Assembly: GCF_001194135.2 (NCBI RefSeq)
Contig: NC_068986.1
Location: 66,112,073 to 66,176,072 of the forward strand
DNA: 64,000 nucleotides
DNA from: Octopus bimaculoides
Taxonomy: Eukaryota
Direction of reading: 5' to 3'
The notes under the pieces are model-generated. The model ran no database searches. It was given only the letters and a program-made list of their open reading frames with translations, and was not told where the DNA came from. The translations under genes and the position numbers were made by a program. Positions 14,235-27,267 of the stretch are shown here, one piece after another; within the stretch, counting starts at the first letter, position 1; every line of letters begins with the position of its first letter.

Positions 14235-14331
14235 GGAAGCACTGGACGGCAGGATCTCCCCAGTAATAATCTTCACAGTCACTACATGTACGTCCACCTC
14301 GACCAGTTTTACATTGACACTGACCATCAAT
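14235..14331 (-). CDS. LAMB1: Laminin beta exon 16 of window (LE12)
   Basis: TTGCAG|ATT GAT ... TTC C|GTAAGT, phase 0 to 1. Encodes [32 protein letters not shown]. Found by eye because the phase chain required it; not in the ORF track. Confidence 0.94.
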
Positions 14332-15023
14332 CTGCAAGTTATTTTAACCATAAATTGTTAAATATTTTGATGCTTATAAGATTTGTATGTTTTAATTGGT
14401 CAGCCAATTCATTGTTTCAGTAACAAGATTATTTGGTTAAACTACCAAAAGTGAGATGGTAAAACTCTCTCTTGCTCACAAAAAGTGACCATCTTGTATC
14501 AGATGTCTCTGACTGGTGAGTTTAACTAGGAATGGGCTGTTGTACATTCTGGCTTTGGCTATTAGTTACTCAGCTAAGCCATAACCAAATCCAGAATTTG
14601 ACAATGCTACCAAGACAAGTGGAAAGCTCTACTAGTCAGGATCATTACTGAAGATGAACTCTTAGCTAAAAACCTACTTGTCCATTTTACAATGTTTTAA
14701 GACAATGAATCCCTTTGATTCCTCTTTTACTCAGGTGGACCTTAATAACCATTCAACATTTAAAAAAGTCCCATTATATTTTTATCATTAAATATTATTA
14801 AGAATTGTATAAAAAAATTGTTGAAATATTTTCTGTATTGGAGAAGTATAACCAATTTATTGCACATGAATTTTAACAGCAAAATCTTCAATGAACCTGG
14901 TTGAGAACCACTGCTTCAAGCAGTAAAATATTTTTATCCTGTGGTGTCTGTTTTTAGCTCAGTGGACTTGGCTATTATTTTACAGAAAGAGAGAAAAAAA
15001 ACAATTTATGTGTAATGACTTAC

Positions 15024-15223
15024 CTGATTACATTGCTGGAAAAATGAACCCATAGGATCACAGTCACAAGGTTCACAGCCATCTCCACTAGCAATGTTCC
15101 AGTGGTTCTCAGCACACTGATCACATTCTCTTCCAACAACATTGGGATGACAGTGACACTGGCCAGAAACTCTGTCACAAAGACCACTTGAGGAGTTGGT
15201 ACCAAGATAATTACAGACACAGT
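15024..15223 (-). CDS. LAMB1: Laminin beta exon 15 of window (LE11-LE12)
   Basis: TTTTAG|AC TGT ... AAT CAG|GTAAGT, phase 1 to 0. Encodes (D)CVCNYLGTNSSSGLCDRVSGQCHCHPNVVGRECDQCAENHWNIASGDGCEPCDCDPMGSFFQQCNQ. Confidence 0.95.
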
Positions 15224-16521
15224 CTAAAAGGAAGAAAAGAAAAATTTCAAATAGTATTTCATTATATTTATAGTTTCTTGTCATTTTCAGATATTTATCT
15301 GGGGAGAAATAGAAAGTATAGTAATACCAAAACAGCAAAATAAACCAAGAAAGCCTCTAAGCAGATCTCATCACCTTCTAGAAAAAGCTGCCAAATTTTC
15401 TTCAAATCACATCCTACTATTGAAAAAAAAATATATATATAGGATTGTATAGCCTTAGATACACCATCTGAAGTAGAAGACAAGGTGGTCACATATGGAA
15501 TGTACTGGATCAGTAGATTGCTTGATCATGATTAACCTGGAGCTAAACAACAACACCAGCAGTAAAAGCAACAGAAACGGCCAATACATGAGCTTCTAAA
15601 GAATAGCTTGACCTGCTTGAATTAGAAACTAAATCTTTCTTGAGTCATGCTACTAACTTCAAACAGACATCAGAATAATGTTGTCTTCTTATGGAACATC
15701 TTTGGTCACAAAGCTATAACCAAAAGGTAAACAACCACAACAACAATTGTAATGATTATATAAGACAATGATTGAAGTTAAGTTACAGGATTATTAACAC
15801 CATAGTCATAAATTCAAATGTTAATTACAAGAGCCATCTTTGTAATTTATCTGCACTAGCCAAATATGATTTGATATAAATAGCTGAACATTTTTCAAAA
15901 GTTTATGATCATATGAAATAGTAGAGGATATTCACTGAAATGTTTGATTGAGCTTATATAAAAAAAATTCAATAGAACAGTTAAGAGAATTGGATAACAT
16001 AAAAAAGAAAGCATGACATGACAGTCTGTTGATTATATACAAGCAGCTTTCTGGATGACTGACTATTTTGGATTCAGTCAAGTGTAGAGAACACACAGAT
16101 TGTTAATCATTTGGTTTTTTTTAAGGCCTAGAATTTTAGTACTAAAAGGAGGGGATTGAGCAGTTAGGCATTAAGAGAGCTAGTGTGTCTACTAAAGTAT
16201 GCTAAGAATGTAAGAATGTACCTCATAAATATCTTACAAGTTAGCTAGTGCTGCAGTGTAAAGAAGTTTGAGAGCAGTAAATAGATTTTTACAATAGATT
16301 TATGCTTCATACTCCTGAGTAATAAGGATTGAGTTTGTTAAAATCAACTCAGCCATACAAGGGGTAGCTATTCACCACATCACTGCTCAATTTCAATTTT
16401 CTAGAGGAAGTAAAAGCAGTGTTATTACTGTGCACTTTGATCAAGCAAACCTATAAACAAATGACATTAAAACCCAGTCTATTTCATCTTTTCTTTTTTT
16501 TTTTTTTTTTTTTTTTTTTCG

Positions 16522-16551
16522 GTGTCACAATTGAGACCTAGTAAAACAAAA
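16522..16551 (-). repeat. Exact 30-bp copy of the exon-14 acceptor region (18294-18323), followed by poly(A) on the minus strand
   Basis: gtgtcacaattgagacctagtaaaacaaaa is identical at both loci. T26 lies at 16494-16519. Confidence 0.9.
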
Positions 16552-18090
16552 GTTCATCTAGAACTACATTAACTAATGCCCTCCCCATTTTGAAAATGGT
16601 AAAATGCAATTTTACAGATTTTACTATTGCTTTTTGCAGAATGAACAACCATATAGAGATTTCTTGATCGGGGTCTACTTCCACTAGGGTGCCTAAATTT
16701 ATAAGGCCTGAGAAGGTGGTTTCATATATGCATGCCAAGAAATTGAAGTATTTCACCAACTCAACATTTTTCATTTGATTATTAAATGGGCAAGGAAGGT
16801 TTATACTTTTTGAAGCTAACAAAAGTCCTTTGGTTTCCACTACATTCAGGTTTTTGTTGTTACATCAACAACTGTTTCTTCTATAGTTGGCCTGATAACA
16901 GGCTTAAAAGTATGACACTGAATTATTTCACTGATCCACCTTCTCATTCTTCAGCAAGATACTATTTTGGCAAATATTTATTTAGTCTTTTCCTAATGCA
17001 AAACTGCAATGCAACAAGATCTTTGTAATTATAATTAACTTCAAGGCATTGTTAATATTTTGTATTTTGTTTCCTTAAAATTTTTTTAAAAAACAGCAGT
17101 TCCTATACATGTCCATACTTGTAAACCACTCTAAGCTAGCTCCACTGAATAAACTGGAATAGAAAAAGAGAATTAAGAGCTGGGTCAGTCTTTAAACAAT
17201 CATTACTACATTTTGATCCTGCTGCTACAGTTTATGTTGATTTCTTGCAGCCAGTACATCTCTATCACAAAAGCAGATATTAAAGGAATTTTAAAATCAA
17301 CATTTTAGCTATAACCATCATATATTCATTGCTTAGATTCACCAGTTTATAGATGGGAAGATGTCTGTTGAAAGAGATTTAACTGCCATACTGACCAAGT
17401 TGGACAACAACATAATAGTTCTCCAGTATATATAGATAACACTGAGACAATGATACTGTCCAAAAACTCAAGCACAAAGACTACTAATAAAGTTGGTGCC
17501 CAGGTAATTATTCACATGCACAAACAGTAAACAAAATTAAGTTTCTTCTAATATATATGTAATGGAAATTTTACATAGAAAAATGAGATTATCCATACAA
17601 ATTCTAAAAATGGTCTTTTTACAAACAGTAAGGGAATAACATTTCCAGTATGCAACGCTTGCATACATAAATAAACAGACATAATAAATAAGATTTTAAT
17701 ATAAATTTTTCATTTTTCTGAGAAGCAACTGGAAAGAGAGAATATACAAAGGGATGCTAAAAAGTTCTTGGCTTTCGGTAAAAGAAAATACAGAAGGATC
17801 ATTTAATTATGATTTCATTCAACATATTCCCCTCCCAGATTCAAACACTTATTGCAGTGATCATTCAGTATTTCTAAACCTTGTAAAAGAACTCAGATGG
17901 TTGGGCCTCCAACCAGGCCTTCAACAACATCCTTAAAGCCAGGCACTTTTCAGCACCCCTCCTATATGTTATATGTATTCTAGTTCAAATGCAAGATTTT
18001 GATTTCTAAAAGTTCATGATCTGCCATAAGTACCAGGACATGCCGTTACACTAACGAATAGAGTTGAACAAATGATGCTATAGTGCTTAC

Positions 18091-18309
18091 CTTGACAATT
18101 CTGTCGAGTTGCATCTCCAAAGAAATTTGCTTCGCAGTGTTCGCAGTTGAAACCAGTGGTGTGGAAATGACACTTAAGACATTCTCCGGTCCGTGTGTCA
18201 CAGCTGTCAGGGATCCTATGGTCAATGTTACCATTGCAATCACAAGACTTACAAGTTCCAAGATCAGCAGAGCCAAAATAATTTGGAGCACAAGTGTCAC
18301 AATTGAGAC
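18091..18309 (-). CDS. LAMB1: Laminin beta exon 14 of window (LE9-LE10)
   Basis: TACTAG|GT CTC ... CAA G|GTAAGC, phase 1 to 1. Encodes (G)LNCDTCAPNYFGSADLGTCKSCDCNGNIDHRIPDSCDTRTGECLKCHFHTTGFNCEHCEANFFGDATRQNCQ. Confidence 0.95.
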
Positions 18310-18465
18310 CTAGTAAAACAAAAATATTTATACTTATATTATATACACACCTACAGATATGTACATACTTAAGTGTATATGCATGTGCGTGTGTGTGTAT
18401 ATATGCATACATATATGTATGGATATATGTAAATGCGTATCTACACATGTGTATATACATATCTA

Positions 18466-18620
18466 GGGGAAGAATTCACAAAAAAAACAAAAGATGAAAA
18501 CAGGTGATGTAAACAACAAACAGATGTATTAGTTTAATGCTTGGGAAGTGAAATGGTCTTTAACGTTTCGAGCCTAAGCTCTTCCACAGAAAAGAACACA
18601 GAAAGAAACAGGGAGGTGTA
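18466..18620 (-). mobile_element. Short Penelope-LTR-like element with variant hammerhead motif (18557-18595)
   Basis: The minus strand reads TTTT-CTGTGGAA-GAGC-TTAG-GCTC-GAAA-CGTT-AAAGA. It is homologous to 21370-21545 and embedded in (TA)n/(TG)n. Confidence 0.55.
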
Positions 18621-18654
18621 TATACATATGTATGCAAGTGTGTATACATATGTA

Positions 18655-18710
<56 letters not shown>

Positions 18711-18793
18711 CATGTACGCAAGTGTGTATGTATATATATGTCCATGTGTGTGTGTGTATGTGTATATATGTATGTATGGACACGTGTGTGCAC

Positions 18794-18844
<51 letters not shown>

Positions 18845-18926
18845 CATGTACACGTGTGCACGTACACGTGTGTGCATATTTATATACATGTATGTGTGAG
18901 TGTGTGTGTATATGTGTGTGTGTATA

Positions 18927-18967
<41 letters not shown>

Positions 18968-20070
18968 TCATTTAACGNNNNNNNNNNNNNNNNNNNNNNN
19001 NNNNNNNNNNNNNNNNNNNNNNNNNNNNNNNNNNNNNNNNNNNNNNNNNNNNNNNNNNNNNNNNNNNNNNNNNNNNNNNNNNNNNNNNNNNNNNNNNNNN
19101 NNNNNNNNNNNNNNNNNNNNNNNNNNNNNNNNNNNNNNNNNNNNNNNNNNNNNNNNNNNNNNNNNNNNNNNNNNNNNNNNNNNNNNNNNNNNNNNNNNNN
19201 NNNNNNNNNNNNNNNNNNNNNNNNNNNNNNNNNNNNNNNNNNNNNNNNNNNNNNNNNNNNNNNNNNNNNNNNNNNNNNNNNNNNNNNNNNNNNNNNNNNN
19301 NNNNNNNNNNNNNNNNNNNNNNNNNNNNNNNNNNNNNNNNNNNNNNNNNNNNNNNNNNNNNNNNNNNNNNNNNNNNNNNNNNNNNNNNNNNNNNNNNNNN
19401 NNNNNNNNNNNNNNNNNNNNNNNNNNNNNNNNNNNNNNNNNNNNNNNNNNNNNNNNNNNNNNNNNNNNNNNNNNNNNNNNNNNNNNNNNNNNNNNNNNNN
19501 NNNNNNNNNNNNNNNNNNNNNNNNNNNNNNNNNNNNNNNNNNNNNNNNNNNNNNNNNNNNNNNNNNNNNNNNNNNNNNNNNNNNNNNNNNNNNNNNNNNN
19601 NNNNNNNNNNNNNNNNNNNNNNNNNNNNNNNNNNNNNNNNNNNNNNNNNNNNNNNNNNNNNNNNNNNNNNNNNNNNNNNNNNNNNNNNNNNNNNNNNNNN
19701 NNNNNNNNNNNNNNNNNNNNNNNNNNNNNNNNNNNNNNNNNNNNNNNNNNNNNNNNNNNNNNNNNNNNNNNNNNNNNNNNNNNNNNNNNNNNNNNNNNNN
19801 NNNNNNNNNNNNNNNNNNNNNNNNNNNNNNNNNNNNNNNNNNNNNNNNNNNNNNNNNNNNNNNNNNNNNNNNNNNNNNNNNNNNNNNNNNNNNNNNNNNN
19901 NNNNNNNNNNNNNNNNNNNNNNNNNNTATATATATATATATATATATATGTGTGCATGTACACGTGTGCACGTACACGTGTGTGCATATTTATATACATG
20001 TATGTGTGAGTGTGTGTGTATATGTGTGTGTGTATATATTTATATATATATATATACATATATACAAACA
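18620..20070. repeat. Compound (TG)n/(TA)n microsatellite region with N-gap 18978-19926
   Basis: Direct reading. Similar tracts occur at about 5070-5135, 7545-7585, 21160-21365, 23180-23295, 40810-41290, 48750-48885 ((GA)n), 58060-58105 and 60840-60980. Confidence 0.95.
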
Positions 20071-21135
20071 TTAGGGTGTTCAGAAAGTAATTGTGTTTCA
20101 CCAGAAAGCACATAAAAATGAATGTAAACTATATCTATCGGAATAGTTTTAATCAAGAATGTATTCACCATCATTTTCAATGACTGCAGCACAATGGGAA
20201 AGTAACTTTTTTATGCCGTGTTCAAAGAAACCTATTCATTTCCTGAAAAAAAAACTGTTTTCAACTTCTTCTCTGTTTCTGAATCTTCTGCCTCTTGTAA
20301 AATGTTCTAGTGGTCAGAACGGATAGAAATCTGTAGGTGCTAAGTCAGGTGAATATGGGAGATGTGGAAGAACTTCCCATCCTAATGATCTTATTTTTGG
20401 CAGGGTCTGTTTTGAAGAGTGTGGCCGTGCATTGTCATCTCGAGAAAAATACCTTTTCTGTTTACCAAAGCTGGCCACTTTGAATGTAATTTTTCATTTA
20501 CATGATCAATTGTAGACAACAGACCATTGATGGTCCCTCCATGTTCCAGTAGCTCATAATGGATGATACCTTTCATGTTCCACTAAACACAGAGCAAGGA
20601 TTTTTCTGGATGGACTTTTGGTTTCGGTGTGTGCACTGGCCTCTCATTATACGGTAACCATTGTCATTTTTGTTTTCTGTTGTGATGCAAAACCCATTTT
20701 TCATCACTTGGAACAATGCACTGCAGAAATGACAGGTTGTTATTCCTGGTTAGAAGACTGCTACAGATGATGGAATGTTGTGTTTGATTCTCAAGTGTAA
20801 GCTTATGTGGAACGCAACTTCCCTCTTTGAATGTTTTCCCAATTTACTTGAGATGTTCATAAATAGTTGAACACAACACACCAAATTTTTGGTGCTTTGA
20901 CAGAAATTCAATACAACAGTCTTGTTCAAAAGGTCAACATTCAGGGTAGGTCATCTTCCAAAGCATGGCTTGTTGGATATGTCACAATTGCCTTCTTCAG
21001 ATGATATACTATCCCTAGAAGAGATTATATACTATTTCTAGACAGTTCCTGCCCATTCGACCTTGGTTCTGACAGGATTGGTTGATTTATATTTCATAGT
21101 GTTGGAAAAACGCAATTACTTTCCAAACACCCTAG
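20071..21135 (-). mobile_element. Decayed mariner transposon with both TIRs
   Basis: Left end ttagggtgttcagaaagtaattgtgttt matches the reverse complement of the right end (ctagggtgtttggaaagtaattgcgttt). The minus-strand peptide is KGIIHYELLEHGGTIN...[18 protein letters not shown]. Confidence 0.85.
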
Positions 21136-21242
21136 TATATGCATACATGTATATATGCATGTGTGTGTGTGTGTGTGTGTGCACACGCGCATATGTGTGT
21201 GTATACACACAATTTCTGTCATTTGTACTGTGTAAGTTGGAC

Positions 21243-21284
<42 letters not shown>

Positions 21285-21369
21285 NNNNNNNNNNNNNNNN
21301 NNNNNNNNNNNNNNNNNNNNNNNNNNNNNNNNNNNNNNNNNNNNNNNNATATATAGATATATATATATA

Positions 21370-21545
21370 TTTCTATGGGAGAATTTACGAAAAAAAACAA
21401 CAGACGAAGAGAGGTGGTGTAAACAACAAATGGATGTATTAGTTTAACACTCAGGAATAGAGAAAGTCTTTGACATTTCAAGCTACGCTCTTCAACTGAA
21501 AGGAATACAGAAAGAAATAAGGAGAGAAACAAGGAGAAAAAAAAT
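21370..21545 (-). mobile_element. Short Penelope-LTR-like element with variant hammerhead motif (21467-21503)
   Basis: The minus strand reads CTTT-CAGTTGAA-GAGC-GTA-GCTT-GAAA-TGTC-AAAG. It shares flanks such as gtaaacaacaaa-ggatgtattagtttaa with 18466-18620. Confidence 0.55.
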
Positions 21546-23180
21546 ATAAATCATTCATCATCTGAAAGTTCCCACCTTTTGCTTTCTCTCGTTATAAATA
21601 TATACATATTTTGCATTTGATGTACTTAATATATTTGATACATTTGATGTGTCTTATTTGCTTATCCCCATAATTGCTTCTAAACCTGCTTGATCTGATC
21701 CTTCTTATAGCCTTTCTTTACTTTGTAGAATGATTCCCTGTAAAGACATCAGAGTCTAAGTTTGAATCTTTTAAGCATTACTAAGTGTCTTCTATACAGA
21801 GAATATCTGGATCTCATCTGTGAACTATATATATATTTTGTCTCCGTTCTTTCCTACTTATATTTAAAAATATCCATTGGCCAAAACAGCTCTAGTTCAT
21901 ACACAGATAGACTCAATACTACATTAACATTTTCCTATTTCATATTCTTGTTATGAATATCCGATCAACTTTCTCCGACACAGGCTCTCTGTAGTTTTAT
22001 TGTAATATTCTTTTGTTAATATCTTTTTTGATGTTTTACTAATTTTTTCCACTGAAGGGAATGGTAATACCTAATTAAATTAATTTAATTTACTTATTAT
22101 TTTAATTATAATTATAATTAATTTAATCTTTTTCATGTTTTCTTGCATGTCAGTATTATCAGTCGAAATGATTGTATGGATTAAAAATTTATAAAAACTT
22201 TTAACAGCTTCTCTTCTCCATTTTTTAACTGTTAGTTGGGTTTATGTAGGATTTTATCCTATAATACTCATAACACATTTTAATTATATATATACTTGTT
22301 ATTTCTTATCCATCAGTCTTCAATATACACTTGATTTCAAACATTCTTCTAGCTGACTTTTCTACTTCTGGACCACCTCACCCAGACGATGGAGTCAGAG
22401 TCACAGGATCTAATCTCCCTGGGCACTACTTGGTAACTATCTCTCTCACACATTCATACATGTACTTAATCATCCATTTTATATGCATATACATATATGT
22501 GTATGTGTGTTTGTGTGCGTGTGTAGCAGATTCAAAACTGAATCACTGGATAATCAAGTAGATATCACAGCTAAACCACAGTCATTTCACAGGATCAGCT
22601 GATTAACAAAGCAATCAGCATCAATCCATTCAATCCATCACATGATTCAACTTTCTGGAACTTTTTCACTGAACTCTACATAAAACTGGTTATTATGGCA
22701 GTAACTCCAGAATGTTGAGGCAGCCATTTGACGTCTCCACTCTCATGGTAGTTTAGAAGACACAGACTTTATCATCATGAATATAGCGCAATTATTTTGC
22801 AGTTGTGATGGACCAGTCACAACTGATATATACTAGGTGTGTAACTGCCATTATTTTTCATCCAAAAACACTATGTGCAATAAATAAAACTTCTGTTAAT
22901 TGTTTCTGAGTGTTATTAATCATTTTTATATGCAGCCCTAGTGAGACATTTCCGTTTTCCACCAACATCAAGTACATGTGTGTATGTGTGATGATGACTG
23001 TGTGTGTGCATGTGTGTACACAAACATGCACACGTGTGGAAGTATGTTAACAAACACACACATTAAACTATACAATATTTGGTAACATAAGATATCAGTA
23101 CATGTGTGTCCATGCAAAATAATTATCTAAAACAAACATCAAAATAAACCACTTACACATACACTATATGTATATTATAT

Positions 23181-23298
<118 letters not shown>

Positions 23299-23899
23299 CG
23301 CACATTACATGAGTATATACCCAAATAGATATAAAGATATTTGTAAAGACAATATAAATCTAATCAGACTACAGAAAGTGTACTGAAACACCTTCATTTA
23401 GCATCAAATAGAGTTTATAGTCAAACTCACAGGTCAGAGAACTTAGAGAATTGATTCAACTGAATTTTTCAGTTTGCTAAGGCCCTACCCTCACTTTTTG
23501 ATGTGTTTCCACACTAATCACAACTACAAATTCCTTTATTCTTATTAGACAAATGGGCCTATCTATCAACCGACTATTTCTATGCTAGAAAGAAAACAGT
23601 GCTGTCCTCTTCAAGATTACATACATCAGATAAAAGGGATTAAAATCCAAGCTCGATCCTCAGCAAGCTTTTCTGTGAATACCAGCTATCAAAGTGTATA
23701 TCTGTAGATGATTTATCTTAAAGAAGAAAACTATCCAAGCAAATTGAAATTCCAGATCAAATAGATTGGTTGCAGAGCATGAATACATTAAATCAAAAAC
23801 TTGAATTTATATCTTTCATTTATAGTATTGTCTTCGAAGATAATACCATAAATTCCATTCTTTGATTTTATACATACACACATATATATCACCAACATC

Positions 23900-24090
23900 A
23901 TCATCATCATTTAACATCCATTTTCCATGCTGGCATAGATTGGGTGGATTGACAGAGCTGGTAAGGCAGGGAGCTGCACTGGCCCCATTGTTTGTTCTGG
24001 CATGGTTTCTATAGTTGGATGCTCTTCCTAACACCAACCACTCCACAGAGTGTATTGGGTGCTTGTAATGTAGCACCAGCACCAGTGCTT
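23900..24090 (-). mobile_element. Older RTE-type 3' end in reverse orientation (similar relics at about 3270-3445, 6880-7030 on minus and 46780-46865, 58690-58950 on plus)
   Basis: catcatcatcatcatttaacatccattttccatgctggcat...gttggatgctcttcctaacaccaaccactcc is the diverged reverse complement of the RTE tail. Confidence 0.7.
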
Positions 24091-24522
24091 TTAATGTTGC
24101 ACCAGCATGAGTGGTTTTCATGTGGCACCAGCACTGGTATCAATTCTGCTGTGGTAGACAGGTCTTCTGGAGTACAGCATAGCCCCAGATATCTTGGTCC
24201 TTTTGAACATACACACAGACACGTTTTGGCCTATCGAAATCCAGATATTTTTCTTTACATAATTCTTAATATCCTTAATTTAGTATTCTTTAATGAAGTA
24301 ACATCAATCAGTAAGTTTCATATACGGGTGGTTCAGGTAATACACATAGTTTACTAAACTTAATTTTTTTTTCTCTTTCCTTCCACTCAAGATATCAATT
24401 ATTTGTGTATATAAAAGGCAATCTAGAAAAATATACATACATGTACATATGAATTTCAAAGCAGTATGGCTAGAGATATAATTTTGTTCTTTGCTTTTAA
24501 ATATAATTCACAAATGCATTAC

Positions 24523-24686
24523 CTGCATATCCTTTGTGACAATAACAGACCACAGATTGTTTCTGAAGATCAAAAGAGCAACTATCAGCACGCTGGTTGC
24601 TGTCTTGAGGACCATTTGGACAATAACATGGTTGGCAAGCAATACGTCCGGTTACACGAGGATCTTGATAGTAGCCATCGCGACAT
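24523..24686 (-). CDS. LAMB1: Laminin beta exon 13 of window (LE8-LE9)
   Basis: CTCCAG|A TGT ... GCA G|GTAATG, phase 2 to 1. Encodes (R)CRDGYYQDPRVTGRIACQPCYCPNGPQDSNQRADSCSFDLQKQSVVCYCHKGYA. Confidence 0.94.
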
Positions 24687-27267
24687 CTGGAGACAGAATA
24701 TCAAAGTGAAATATTACCGTAAACAACAACAAAAATACCTGAACAACATCAGAAGTGGGTTTTTTTTTATTATTATTTGTAATATCTCTATGAACAGTCA
24801 AAATATTTAAATCATCACAAACATGAAAATGACAGACAATAGTTACAAGCATGGCTGATTGGTAAGAACCTTGCTTCCCAACCACATGCTTCCATATTCA
24901 GTCCCACTGTGTAGCACCTCGGGCAAGTGTCTTCTGTTATAGCCTTAGGCTGACCAAAGCTTTGTGAGCGGATTTGGTAGACGGAAAGTGAAAGAAACCT
25001 GTCGTGTAGGTATACATATCTATGTGTGTTTGTCTTTGTATCTGTGTTTGTCACCCACCACCACTTGACAACCAATGTTGGTGTGTTTACATCCCTGCAG
25101 CTTTGCAGTTCGGCAAAAGTGTCTAATAGAATAAGTACCAAGCTTATAAAGAATGAAATAAGTACTGGGGTTGACTCATTCAACTAAAAATCCTTCAGAG
25201 CAGTGCCCCAGCATCACTGCAGTCTAATGACTGAACCAAGTAAAAGATAAAAGTATTTTTTCTTTTATTTAGTTTGTGTGGTCCTCTGCTTAAAGAGTTC
25301 ATGTAGGAATTATTCTACAGTATAAATAAGGTAAGTACCACATATGAAAATCAAGGTGATGGAGTGTACAAACTCATTCAGCTAACCTTCCAATAAAGTC
25401 ATATATTCATTTAGAAACAATATGAAGGGATAGAATGAGCATCAAACGACGCTTTGCATTTTTTAAGTTAGAAATCTAATACATGAATGTCACCAGATTC
25501 AATATTATTTAACCCTTAAGCATTCAGATTACTCTGTCTAATGTAATGCTTATTTATTCATATTGTTTTGAATTAATCATGGATTATCTTGTAGCTTTGG
25601 GATGTGATTGTTTATTTTTTGAAAGACATTGTAGGATAGGTGTGATTTGATTTGAACAAAACAGGTAGCATAAAACAGGTTAAAACTCATGAAGGTTGCT
25701 GTACATGTTCAGCAAACTTCATGAGTTTTAACCTTAAATAACCTTAATAAAAATGCCATATATGTGTACACATATAGGAGATTGCGGTATATACACTACA
25801 GTCAAAAATATAATTGAAATTAAAAATAACTAAAACAATTATCAGATAATCAGTGAGGATGTAGTAATGTGACTGTGACAGGCTTCTGCTGATTAGCTGA
25901 TGATGATCAATAAATGGGGTCTTGTACAAAATGATTTAAGTACAAATCTTAACACTGTTACAAGGAAAACATTCTACTCACAACAGTTTGCCATACTAAC
26001 AAATACATACCATAACTATTTGTAATGCAAGAGTGGTTAGTATTAATAATTAGTTTGAATCCATACTACATCTTATTACTTGGTGGTGGGGTGCACGCAA
26101 GCCTGCGTATATAACTGGAGTGGCTATTAGTTCCGGATTAGATAATTTACATTACAGGCTAAGCCCCACATCAAATTGTTAAATAGATACTAGTGTCATT
26201 ATACAAATAAATATCGATGCTAAAAAGAGTTTTCAACTGTGAAATTGCCTTCTCCAAGAATATTTGCAAATATCAAAACCTGTATATCTAAGCCCTATTC
26301 ATTGCATTTGTCTCGACAGAAAATTGACTTTCTTTTGTTTAATATCCAACTATAGATGCAGGAGTGGCTGTGTGATAAGTAGCTTGCTTACCAACCACAT
26401 GGCACTACTATAGCCTCGGGCCGACCAAAGCCTTGTGAGTGGATTTGGTAGACGGAAACTGAAAGAAGCCAGTCATATATTTGTATATGTATGTATGTGT
26501 GTGTATATGTTTGTGTGTCTGTGTTTGTGGCCCCAGCATCGCTTGACAACCGATGGTGGTGTGTTTACGTCCCCGTAACTTAGCGGTTCGGCAAAAGAGA
26601 CCGATAGTATAAGTACTAGGCTTCCAAAGAATAAGTCCTGGGGGTGATTTGCTCGACTAAAAGGCGGTGCTCCAGCATGGTCGCAGTCAAATGACTGAAA
26701 AGAGTAAAAGAGTAAAGAGAGAGTAACTATCAAAACAATATGATGCAAATAACCAGATTTATGAAGGTAGAACTGCCCCCATCCCTTATATTTCCCTTCT
26801 TAATTGCCCGTCAGCTTTGGTTTTTGACAGGAAGTGGATAACAGATGTACCTCAAGATAAGATGTCAGTCTGCTGTAGGTAACTCTCAGGTGATCTGATA
26901 GCTATTTTGACAAGAGGAAGTGAAAAAGTGTAAAATATAGTGCCATGCCAAGAAACTAGAAAACGTCAATAAGAGAGCCCTGATGTAGCAGTGGAATCTA
27001 CTTTAAATCACACAACAACCTTGGAAAAAGCCCAATGGGTTAATGTCATCCAAGGTTTACTCTGCCTAGGAAAAAGACATACTGAACTAGCTTTCATCAT
27101 TAAGAATACGTGATCAAAGTTGATGTGAAGCTGAAGAACAATACAAAAGAATACCTGTATTAGATATGAACTCCTATCCAACCAAAATTGAAACAAAAAT
27201 CCCATCAGCTCTTTCTACCATTTCCAATTTGGTTGGAAAGTTAAAAAAATATATAAATATATATATA

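Noticed and set aside
18632-20113. Long ORFs of 365-480 aa, and similar ones at 12427-12817 and 54530-55584
   Set aside because: They consist of N-gap X runs and microsatellite translations (YIYI, CVCV).
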